From a virus: DNA of 64,000 bases. The stretch is taken from positions 1-64,000 of IMG/VR virus record IMGVR_UViG_3300048591_001244. One strand, given 5' to 3'. The notes beneath the pieces were generated by a model. That model did not search any database. It was not told where the DNA came from and saw only the letters and a program-made list of their open reading frames with translations. The position numbers were made by a program, and so were the translations under genes. This document shows positions 8,499-18,500 of this stretch, piece by piece (the first letter of the stretch is position 1; every line of letters starts with the position of its first letter).

Positions 8499-9782
8499 TT
8501 AATATGATTCAACAATATAGACAGCCACGTTGTGGTCTCCCTGTCTTTCAAGTGTTACGAAGCCGGTGTTTCCGTTATATGTTTCAAACGCAGGAGATCC
8601 TGAAGGGTAGTATCTCGGGAACATGATTTCGTCAGTACCGGCATTTCCGGGCGTTCTGACGTTCATAACAAATCCATCAAATTCGACAGGTGACTGAAAC
8701 CTTGTAACTTTTCCAATTGGATTAAACCCTGTAATTTTTGAAATATCTATGTAGTTGTTGAGATTAAATACACCTACAAAATCAAGAGCAGCATCAATTG
8801 TTAAGAGTTCAGTTCCACTGTCATAAACAGCAGGCAGTCCTGTATCAAGGTCATATTCAAAATTGCTTGATACCCCTGATATAAGTGTTTTTCCTGTTGC
8901 TGAATATCCTGCAGGGAACACAATAGTTTCTCCTGTACCTAAAAATATACAATCTGTCAAAACAACACTTCCTGCAGAAAGATCCAATGTAATATTTGAA
9001 GCAAAACCACTAAAGCTTGAACCCGACCCAGGAACAATTTTATAATCAGAATATGCTGGACCCCTTAAATTTCCTCTTAGCGTCCATGTGCTGGCACCGG
9101 TCTTTTCATAATAATCTCCCGTGAGAGTATCTAAAGCCCAATCACCTACAATACCTGTTCCGGCCGAAGGAGGACCACTTGCATGATACCAAACAGATCC
9201 TGCCGCTCCTGTTGCTCCGGTAGCACCAGGAGGACCCACAGGGCCAAGAATGTTTCCAGATAAAGTCCATGAACTACCATTATAGATATAAACATCTCCA
9301 TTAGAAACATTCAAATAATGATCATTTGCAACAGCTGGAAATGCAGGAACACCTGCTGATGAATACCAAAGAGAACCAGCCGGCCCTGCTGCTCCTGCTG
9401 CTCCTGCTGCTCCTGTAGCTCCTGTAGCTCCTGTAGCTCCTGTAGCTCCTGTTGGCCCAACAATCCCTATTGTACTCCATTTATATACCCAGACTCCACC
9501 TGTTTTATAAAATAAATCACCCGGAAGTACAGTATCATCAATGTATAAATCACCGTCATTGCCAAAGCTATTGTCAGGCGGATTTTCAGGTCCAACAGTT
9601 ATAGTCGCTCCACCACCAGGAGAAAATCCTGAAAGGATTTCCATTAACTGATCTAAAGGAACAGCATTATCATTAGATTCAGCATAAGCAATACTTCCCA
9701 AACGAGCGCGAACACCCTGCTTGACCAGTCTGATCAAACTGCTATAACCATCATTAAATATGTGTCTTGTACTCATCAGCAA
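8499..9782 (-). CDS. Collagen-repeat tail/head fibre protein
   Basis: GAT/GAA triplet runs alternating with GDxYxD...GDxYxK...W modules. Confidence 0.8.
   Translation of the reverse strand: MLMSTRHIFNDGYSSLIRLVKQGVRARLGSIAYAESNDNAVPLDQLMEILSGFSPGGGATITVGPENPPDNSFGNDGDLYIDDTVLPGDLFYKTGGVWVYKWSTIGIVGPTGATGATGATGATGAAGAAGAAGPAGSLWYSSAGVPAFPAVANDHYLNVSNGDVYIYNGSSWTLSGNILGPVGPPGATGATGAAGSVWYHASGPPSAGTGIVGDWALDTLTGDYYEKTGASTWTLRGNLRGPAYSDYKIVPGSGSSFSGFASNITLDLSAGSVVLTDCIFLGTGETIVFPAGYSATGKTLISGVSSNFEYDLDTGLPAVYDSGTELLTIDAALDFVGVFNLNNYIDISKITGFNPIGKVTRFQSPVEFDGFVMNVRTPGNAGTDEIMFPRYYPSGSPAFETYNGNTGFVTLERQGDHNVAVYIVESY
9385..9453. repeat. 9-bp tandem repeat encoding collagen triplets
   Basis: (CCTGCTGCT)/(CCTGTAGCT) array. 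Confidence 0.85.
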
Positions 9783-12700
9783 TTTTTACATCCACAAAAC
9801 TGTTGAACAGTGGCCCAAAGAGCTTCTATTTCAGTTTCAGTTAAACAATACTCCGGATTATTAAGCAGTACTCTTGAAAGAGCCATAAGTGTCTTACTCT
9901 TAGTTTTCAAACAGGTTGCATTAAAGGCTCCTGTTTTTTCTGCCATGATAGCTTTGTATGCATAATCACCTACACAACACATCAAATTGTGCTTTTTTGC
10001 ACAATCTTCATCAACCTCATCAATTATTTCCGGCACATCTTCACAAATAAATTGAGCAGTATATGTACAGCCAGCAATATCTGTAACCTCTACAGAATAA
10101 AGACCTGAAGAAGAAAACCTCACAACATCTGTTGTTTCCCCCGTTAAAACAACACCGTCTTTTGACCACTGATAAGTAAAGATGCCGCTACCGCCGGTTA
10201 CTAAAGCTTGAGCCCATCCACGAACTCTTGTTCCAGCTTCAGGACATAATGCATTGATTCCTAATCGGGCCGGTGGTATCGATGATACATCAAAGAACCC
10301 TTCAATGGTACATCCATTGGCATCTGTCACAAGAACTGAATAGGATCCGCCAGGAATATTTGCCCTGTTTTGTGTTGTTGCCCCATCATTCCAAAGGAAT
10401 GAATAAGGAAAAGTCCCGCCAGTAACGTCATAGTTTATAGAACCTGTATTGGCTCCTGCACAACTTTCATCAACGATTGCAATGTTACTTATTCTAGGAG
10501 AAGATATTATAATGGTTTCCGTCAAAGCTACTGTTTGACCTAGATTGTCGGTGACAAGCAAATTATATGTTCCCAGATAAAGACCACTAATATCTTTTGT
10601 CGTAGCAGTAAATCCTGTAGGCCCCGTCCATGCATAAGCATAAGGCTCGCAACCACCCGTAACATCAACATTGATAGCACCTGTATTGGCTGCGGCATTA
10701 CAAGCTACATTGGTAACAGAAACGGCACTGATTGTCGGTGGTGGAGCAGGAGAAACAATGATATGATTTGATTCTGTGCGACATCCGTAAGCATTGATAC
10801 CAACAACCCAATATTCGATCGGTGCTGTCAATCCGGATGAAGGATAAGCTATCCCCGTAGTAGTTTCTAATGTTGGCTCCCAATAAAATCCTGTAAAAGC
10901 ACCTGTACCGGCAACACTAAGTTCATAATCATTAATGCCACAACCATCAGGAGCAACATCTAAAGTTACTACAAGAGGATCTGTTGAAGCTGCAATGACA
11001 TCAAATTCAAAAGTCTGTACTTTTGCACATCCGTCTTTTACGACATATGCCCAATAGCTATACGATCCGGGAGCAAGAAGTCCAATATTATTAACCAATC
11101 CCGTTGCCCCGTTAGACCATAAAATACTATCTACAGGTGTTTCAGCACCATTAACACTTATGCTGTCAATGGTTAATACAACAGCTTGCCCTTCACACAC
11201 AACAGAGCCGAAGTTTCCTGAAATAGAAATAATAAGCTCTGGTGCCGGTCCGATAACAAAAGGTCCGAGATCCGGTGAAGTCTGACAGCCAAGAGAATCT
11301 TCTACATGAAGCATATAACTGCTTCCTGGCGACAATCCTGAAATATAATTCGAATCCGGTGCTGATGGTGTCCATGTATATTCGTATGGTTCTACACCCC
11401 CTGTAACCTCTACCTGAATAGCACCGGTAGGAAGAAGACAATTAGGATGTGTTATGATTGACTCAACAAGACGGATACCAACAGTATCTTCAAGTGTTAT
11501 GGTGTTAAAAGCTGTGCAACCATTAGCATCGGTAACATAAACAATATAAGTCCCTGCAGGAGCTTCAATATAATCATCAGTCCCCCAGTTTATAGACTCT
11601 CCTGGATAATCCCACCATTGATATGTATATGGTGCTATTCCGCCTGTAATGTCTACATTGGCTCTTGCAGATGGAGATGGATTTGTACAGTCAGCATTGA
11701 TTCCAACAACTGATACTGATAATGCTGGAGGCTTTTCAGTTCTAAATGGTCCCAAAACCATTGTAGTATAAAGACCACCATCGTCAATAATTCTCATCCA
11801 CAAATCAACTCCAAATGGAGGATTTGCAAAATACTGAAAAAAACCAGAAGCCGCTTGTTGAGAAGTATAAACACTTGTAGCTAATAATGTTCCGCTACAA
11901 GTAGCATTAATACCATAAGGCTCTGATATTGTACCACCAGAATAAAGCTCCACAGTAAAAGTGTTGCTATAAGCCGGAGCATTATTTGGAACTAAAATTA
12001 TTGGAGATATATAATTTGTCCCTTCTAATGCAAAACACTGCCAGTCTGCTGTTCCACCATAGGCCGTTATACGGTCTCCGGTTCCATACATAATAGCAAT
12101 AGTATCGCCACCATAATTAGATGTTACAACATGTGTTAATATAGTTGGCCCGCTAGAAGGAACAAAAACATGGTTAGCATAAAACCCTTGAAAACTTGGA
12201 ATGCCAAATGTCGATCCCGGTTTAGCTGTAATAGTTATTATTTGCCCAACATAATAGTGTAGAATATCCTGACAAGTTCCTGTAAGCCCTACAGGATTAC
12301 CATTAGCATCTGTAACACTTATATCGTAATCAATATTAGCATAGTTAGATACGATCTGAACTCTTTGTCTTGCCGGTGGCGTAGGAACATAAACCGCATA
12401 AAGGACATGAGAAGAAAGATCATCCAATAAAATAGTAGGAGAGAAAGAAAAGTCGAAGCCCCCACGAGTCCACTTTTGAAATACATTGCCACCAAAAGTT
12501 GCCGGTGCCGTAGCAGTAACAGCTGTAGTAGCATCATATTCAGCTATAAATGGTGTCGGTGCACTTGAAATTGCATTTATATCTGCAGGACTTAAATTTA
12601 TCACTACTCCATTGCCAGGCGATGAATTAAATCTTAAATGCTTTTGTGCCGGTGGAGAAGATACAAGTATCTGCATATCATCATAAGATGATACTGTTCC

Positions 12701-13933
12701 ATCTGACGCTGTCAATCGAAGAACATATGTTCCTGCAACTTCGAAAGTGAAGGTCGGTATAAGCGATGTTTCTGTTCCATTAAAGTTACCTAGCCCCCCG
12801 CCAGGTTGAGAAACAATACTCCAAAGATACGTTAATGTTCTTCCTACCGGAAGTTCATCGTCACAAGCCGTACCGACTGGATTGGCTGTTTGGTTAGGAA
12901 ACGATGGACTGTTGTTAACAATGTCATTGCCTGCGTTGACTAAAATAAATGGCCCGTTACCAGCACTTAAAGCCTTCATCCGACCATAAGTAAAGATTAC
13001 TATTCCAGTAAGATTAATGAAATTCTTTATGTTGGCATGCGTAGAAGGATTATTAAAGTATTCCGAGTTCCCTTGAGGTGTACCGGAAGCCATTGACAAT
13101 GTCAGGTAATCCCAAGCATCCTGAATTGTTTTCTTTGGATACACAACAGCTCCAAGCTCATTCTTTCCTTCGAAGAAATTCTTTGAAAAGGCAGACTCTA
13201 CCGAAAGAATAATATAACTCTCTGCATTCCATGTAACATCTTCCATTCTTCCTGCAGCGTATCCAAAATTAGGTCCGTTCTTTGGATCTGACTTATAATA
13301 GGAGTGCCACATCATTACATCAAAAACCCCTTGAAGCTGATTAGCTTCATGACCACCAGTTACCTGAGAGCCATCCATTCCTGGCTGATCAGTATAGAAT
13401 TCTAAGTTCCTTTTTAACCATCCAACATATCCGTATGTCAATAAGCCTCTTGCAAGCAAAGCAGTACGCCTTGAAAGCAAATTGTTTTTCATTGACAAAA
13501 AAGAATAGGTGCCTATTTTTCCAGGGCCAAGAGCATTTGCTTTTGTAGCCGGGTTGTTGTAAGAATACCACCACCATTCATTTTCAATAGTAATTCCTAC
13601 AAGTTTTTCACTGACAGAAGCAATATTTTGATAATCAATGTAACAATCAATATGATCTGGATTGCTATCAGTAACACCCGCTACGTCCAGCCCCACTGCC
13701 CGACACTGAGAAGTGAAGCTTCTTAGCTTAGTCTTGGCCGTAGTTCCGAAAGTTGTATCGCCTGATGATCTCCATGGCGCAACATTCATCTCATAGAGAA
13801 AAAACCCGGTATAACCACCTGCTTTAGCAACACAAATAACACGCGTTATTTCTGCCTGACTATAAAGTACCGTCCCTGTATTAGAGAGATAATACCATTT
13901 TTTTAAAGGTGCTGTTATTGCAGGCCAAGCCAT
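9776..13933 (-). CDS. Large fibre/adhesin: GH-like domain, PKD domain, SprB repeats, Cys-rich C-terminus
   Basis: VNAGND...YLWS...GTYVLRLTASDG (PKD); several G-I-V-TGGxxPYxYxW...GxYxVxVTDANGC SprB repeats. Confidence 0.8.
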   Translation of the reverse strand: MAWPAITAPLKKWYYLSNTGTVLYSQAEITRVICVAKAGGYTGFFLYEMNVAPWRSSGDTTFGTTAKTKLRSFTSQCRAVGLDVAGVTDSNPDHIDCYIDYQNIASVSEKLVGITIENEWWWYSYNNPATKANALGPGKIGTYSFLSMKNNLLSRRTALLARGLLTYGYVGWLKRNLEFYTDQPGMDGSQVTGGHEANQLQGVFDVMMWHSYYKSDPKNGPNFGYAAGRMEDVTWNAESYIILSVESAFSKNFFEGKNELGAVVYPKKTIQDAWDYLTLSMASGTPQGNSEYFNNPSTHANIKNFINLTGIVIFTYGRMKALSAGNGPFILVNAGNDIVNNSPSFPNQTANPVGTACDDELPVGRTLTYLWSIVSQPGGGLGNFNGTETSLIPTFTFEVAGTYVLRLTASDGTVSSYDDMQILVSSPPAQKHLRFNSSPGNGVVINLSPADINAISSAPTPFIAEYDATTAVTATAPATFGGNVFQKWTRGGFDFSFSPTILLDDLSSHVLYAVYVPTPPARQRVQIVSNYANIDYDISVTDANGNPVGLTGTCQDILHYYVGQIITITAKPGSTFGIPSFQGFYANHVFVPSSGPTILTHVVTSNYGGDTIAIMYGTGDRITAYGGTADWQCFALEGTNYISPIILVPNNAPAYSNTFTVELYSGGTISEPYGINATCSGTLLATSVYTSQQAASGFFQYFANPPFGVDLWMRIIDDGGLYTTMVLGPFRTEKPPALSVSVVGINADCTNPSPSARANVDITGGIAPYTYQWWDYPGESINWGTDDYIEAPAGTYIVYVTDANGCTAFNTITLEDTVGIRLVESIITHPNCLLPTGAIQVEVTGGVEPYEYTWTPSAPDSNYISGLSPGSSYMLHVEDSLGCQTSPDLGPFVIGPAPELIISISGNFGSVVCEGQAVVLTIDSISVNGAETPVDSILWSNGATGLVNNIGLLAPGSYSYWAYVVKDGCAKVQTFEFDVIAASTDPLVVTLDVAPDGCGINDYELSVAGTGAFTGFYWEPTLETTTGIAYPSSGLTAPIEYWVVGINAYGCRTESNHIIVSPAPPPTISAVSVTNVACNAAANTGAINVDVTGGCEPYAYAWTGPTGFTATTKDISGLYLGTYNLLVTDNLGQTVALTETIIISSPRISNIAIVDESCAGANTGSINYDVTGGTFPYSFLWNDGATTQNRANIPGGSYSVLVTDANGCTIEGFFDVSSIPPARLGINALCPEAGTRVRGWAQALVTGGSGIFTYQWSKDGVVLTGETTDVVRFSSSGLYSVEVTDIAGCTYTAQFICEDVPEIIDEVDEDCAKKHNLMCCVGDYAYKAIMAEKTGAFNATCLKTKSKTLMALSRVLLNNPEYCLTETEIEALWATVQQFCGCKNC

Positions 13934-13936
13934 AGA

Positions 13937-14983
13937 TTATACGTTTTTAAAGATCGGTACAGACGTTGACTTAATATGCAGATCGTCCGGACCTGACGAT
14001 GGTTGAGTAACCATTTTTACCTGACAGTAAACTTTTTGTCCTGCTGTTAATGTCAATGGAACAGATATGGTATTCATCGTATGGTAATCTCCATCTGCAT
14101 CAGCAGTCCATGAAGCCCCTGTAACAAAATCAAACCCTACCTCATTGCCATCAAGCATCATTTGAAGCCTTACGTTAGATCCTGCAGGATTAACACCTGC
14201 AGCCCACTCTAGAATAAGACCTGAAATTTCAAATGTTGCTGTCATTGCTACCGGAGCAATAAACCATCCAGCTGTAATGTCATGATTGTTTCCTGTGTCA
14301 AAATTCAGCCCTGTTGTCTCATCATCAAAATGCAACCTGAATGTATCTCCTGTTCCCATAGCTATCCCTTCATCAAGAAGTAAGGTATCTGTAACATGAA
14401 AAGATGTAATAGGACTTGGAGCAGTATTGCAAATAGCATTCATAATCGCTACCAAATACTGATTTAGATTCATTCCCGGAGTAATTACAGAAGTAAAACA
14501 AGAAGGAATAGTAAGAGAAGGAATAATAGTAGAAGCTGCAGGTGTTGGGCCTGTTGGGCCTGTTGGACCGGTAGCACCAGGAGGACCCACAGGGCCATCG
14601 TTTCCATCTTCACCATTACAAACATAAGTAACGACTAGATTCGTATCAGGAACACCATCATTATCATTATCATCACCGGTAGTTATCTTACGGCCGCCAT
14701 TAGGACAATTGACTCCTGCAGGTTCAGCTTCATTTTTGATAGCTCTGGACTGCCCCGGAGATCCATTACAGACATATCTGGTAACGGTAATACTATCCGG
14801 ACTCCCATCATAGTTAGAATCAGGGCCGCCCTGAAGCTTTATTCCGCCATGCATACAATTGGCACCGGCAGGTTCAGGTGTTGCTATCCATGAAAAAGAT
14901 GCCCCATCCTTACCTTTTGGTCCCGGAGGGCAATTACAGTCACAATTGACATTGGTTTTATCGTTACAATTTGTACATCCCAT
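13937..14983 (-). CDS. Collagen-containing fibre protein with EPAGxNCxxGG repeats
   Basis: Two EPAGxNC-x2-GG...GxD-x-N-x-DG repeats, GPT collagen, C1q-like C-terminal domain. Confidence 0.7.
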   Translation of the reverse strand: MGCTNCNDKTNVNCDCNCPPGPKGKDGASFSWIATPEPAGANCMHGGIKLQGGPDSNYDGSPDSITVTRYVCNGSPGQSRAIKNEAEPAGVNCPNGGRKITTGDDNDNDGVPDTNLVVTYVCNGEDGNDGPVGPPGATGPTGPTGPTPAASTIIPSLTIPSCFTSVITPGMNLNQYLVAIMNAICNTAPSPITSFHVTDTLLLDEGIAMGTGDTFRLHFDDETTGLNFDTGNNHDITAGWFIAPVAMTATFEISGLILEWAAGVNPAGSNVRLQMMLDGNEVGFDFVTGASWTADADGDYHTMNTISVPLTLTAGQKVYCQVKMVTQPSSGPDDLHIKSTSVPIFKNV

Positions 14984-14986
14984 GAT

Positions 14987-15562
14987 TTAACAAGTTAAGC
15001 ATCCATTTTCTCTACACAATAGCTGTACCTGCTCCAAAATTGCAGTAGCTTTAGTAAAATTACAACATTCATTAGCTAAGTATTTCATAGCTACTATTTT
15101 ATCGGAAATGTTGTTGAATGTCTGCGAAGCAGAGCCATCACAACACTTATCAGTAGCTTTAATCTTTGTTGCCATCGTAGCCAAGCAACAGTCAGCATTA
15201 CAAGAAACAAAAAACGTAAGTCGCCTTTCTACAACAAGATCATTAGGTCCCGTCATGGTAACAACGGCCACTGTTGTTCCGTCAACTAATTTAGCTCCCA
15301 ATACGTTCTTGTCCAAAGTGAATTCTGTTCCGGAAGTTGACGGAAGCAATGATCCTCCACCATTATAAACACTAAAAGGCCCCAGAATAACACCATTGGA
15401 CATTTCAATACTTAACGTTGCTGCATCAAAATCCGAGAGTTCCGGATTAGGACTTCCATAGCCACCCGTATTATCAGGAGTTGAATAAACGCCCGTAGTA
15501 TCTTTTATTTTAAGTTCCGAGCACCCTAATGGGGTAAAATAAGCTTTAAAATTCAATGCCAT
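14987..15562 (-). CDS. Virion structural protein with Cys-rich C-terminus
   Basis: DTTGVYS...NTGGYGSPN motif; lies next to fibre genes. Confidence 0.6.
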   Translation of the reverse strand: MALNFKAYFTPLGCSELKIKDTTGVYSTPDNTGGYGSPNPELSDFDAATLSIEMSNGVILGPFSVYNGGGSLLPSTSGTEFTLDKNVLGAKLVDGTTVAVVTMTGPNDLVVERRLTFFVSCNADCCLATMATKIKATDKCCDGSASQTFNNISDKIVAMKYLANECCNFTKATAILEQVQLLCRENGCLTC

Positions 15563-15592
15563 AACGTTGCTAAAATAAGTTATTTATAATTA

Positions 15593-18500
15593 CTATTTTT
15601 CTTCCATGAACTTTTTTATCACTTTTTCCATTGGCAGAGTATTGACAACCATCATAGGAACCTTAGAATCTCCTTTTTTACCATATTTCGTGTCTTTCTC
15701 ATAAACCAAAGGACCATAGAATCCATTTTCAGCCAATCCTTTCATCATTTTTAATGCATCAACAATGGTTGAGAAAACTGGCAGTCCACCCTGGAAGGTG
15801 TATATATAATTGTCAATGTCATAGACAACTGCAACATCACCCCACATACGATTTAAACTTGTATATGTTTCCTTATCATCATCGCCAAATCCGGCAATAA
15901 GCATAGATATCAAAAGCATCATTGTTGCCTCTCTTGCAAGCTTCCGAAGGTTCTCCTGATCCACTGGCTTGAGAGCATAGAACATCTTCTTTGCCTTTTC
16001 ATGATCCTTTTCTTTTGCCAGAACCTCTAAGTACTTAAATGTTCCGCCACCTATATCTCCGACAGTTCGAACGATACCTTTGAGTTTTTTATCACTTGTT
16101 CCGGCAAAGCGCTCTGACATGGCATGTACATCATAGATATCAAACATCCATGTTCGAAGTTGCATGATAGCCCGGCCCTCAGTAGTGGAAGCAGCAATCC
16201 TTTTTGCCAGACGGTGATACGAACCATGTATATCCTGAGCCTCACTGATAAGCTTGATAATCTGATCGGCTGTCATTCCTTTATGTCCATCTTTAACAGT
16301 TCCGTCATGTTTGTACGCATCCCATTGTTTTTGAGACATGCTACCGGCAATGGTCATAGAATGGTTAAAAAACTCAACAAATGCCGTTGGAGAGAATAAA
16401 AGTTGCTTTATAAATCCATAATTATCAGACGAATCTGCTGTTGTCCAGTCATGGTTGATTTCTAAGATTCTTTGCTGTTGCATGATATTGACGATCTTAG
16501 AATCCAAGAAAGCAGTTTTCCAATTTGTTCCTGGTTTAACACTTCCAAAGGTTCTCATTACTCCAATAAATGTTTTCCGGAAACCAAGATCCCTTACATT
16601 CTGAGTTATACCGCCGAATAAGTTCATCGTTGCGGCACCGAAATTCAAAGCCATAAATTTCAGCCCTGTATATTCAATCAGGAATTTTGTGACAATTTCA
16701 ACATTATGAGGTAATTTGCTCTCAGGCTTGATACCATACAACTGCCAATCATTCAGCTGCTTGATAAACCGAGCAACATTTTTTCCTTTAGCATTGTATG
16801 TTGTAGCATAGTTTTCAGTGAATTCCATCACTAAAAGATTGTCACCAAGAGCCCTGACAAAAGCACCTTGATGTAAAAAGTGCATTGCAGGGGTAAAAAT
16901 ATCGCGACTTCTTGTACCTGAATCCTCTTTATACAAACTATGGAACATAGATTTTGCATCAGTTCGTATAATAGGCTCATTAGCCGCATCCATTGGACTT
17001 GTGCTATCATACATCTTCCGGGCAGTTTCAGTAGCCTTACGCAAAGCTAAGTAGTATTGTCGCTTTGATTTTTTATCAGCACCACCAATTTTTTGCCTCT
17101 CCTTTAACGTTCTCTTATAATTTTTTAATGTTACCGGCTCGTCAAACTCAGGAACCATAATGTGAAGGCGATCGTATTTTGACTGGCCAAAAAACTGATG
17201 CATGAATGCAGTAAACCATCCCAGCTTTTTTGATAATTCAGTACCGGTTGCCTCAGCATAATTTACCTGGAACATTTTTTCTCCTGTTGCAATAACTTCC
17301 TTTGGAGCATAGTTATTTAACAGAGATGCATAAGTATCTGCAAACTCAATAATAGCCTTAGACTTTTCATCTGTCTTTCCTTTTAACTTTTGATAGTTTT
17401 CAGAAGCAGGATATCCCGGACCACTTGGATGAACAAAATAGAATACTGATGTATTTGTATCCATATCAGTCATCTCTTTCTTTGTAACTTTCAAATCCTT
17501 TAATTTCTTATAAATAGGACTTAAAAGATGCTTGATTTCAGCCTGAGCATTATTGGCTTCAAATTCTGCGCGCTGGATAATCTGATTCCTCAAAGCAACA
17601 GCAGCACTGCCACTTTTTAAATGTGCCGCAAACGGAGCAATAACATTGTCCTTTCCAACCCAAGAATTATGTGTTGTCAAATCCTTCACATCTCTCGGAT
17701 CAAAAATCTCATGGAGAGCCTTTATGAAAACTCTGTTCTTGTCATTTTTTGAATCAACTTCATTTTTTATTTCTTGAGTAAAAAGGTGTGCCGTAGCATA
17801 CGAAGTAATGATAGTATCAACAGTATCAAAATATGCAAGGCTATCGCTTTTCATATTCATTCCACGACTGTTATACTTAGCCTTCAATCTGCTTAGATCA
17901 TTGGCAATATCTACAGCTGCATCTTTGTCAAGAAGCTCTAATTTGCTTTCATCAGTATAACGATTAGAAAGAAGCTTTGCAGATTCAATCATATCACTCA
18001 AATATTCTTGATATTCCTTTGTTACCTTTTTGGCAAGATTTTCATTTTCATCATTTTGAATCAAATCAATATACCTGATTCCAACCCTGTCTTTTGAAAA
18101 GGTATCCTTATCTATCGGTCTTATCATTTGGAATCCTGGTTCCATCGCTCCTGCATATGGCACTCTTGCAAACTGTTCATTATAGACATAATCATTGTTT
18201 CCGGGAATAGGAGTAAACCCTGCAGCCATAATTTCAAATTCTTTCGAATCTGCCAGCTGAATTTGCTTTCCTGTAATCCTTTCTATTGCAGCCTGCCAAA
18301 AGTTTTGTGCTCCCCTACGAATGATCTCACTAAAGGCATTTCGGGTAATATCGGTATGCTCAATCTCAGAAAGACTCTTTATTTTATTCTCTCTCTTTTC
18401 ATTGATCTTTTTTATCAAATCATCAATTTTTTCCTGATGATCCTGAAAGACAGGACCGGTATTAGTCCTCTTCATGTAATTTAATGTGAGATTCCTAAAG

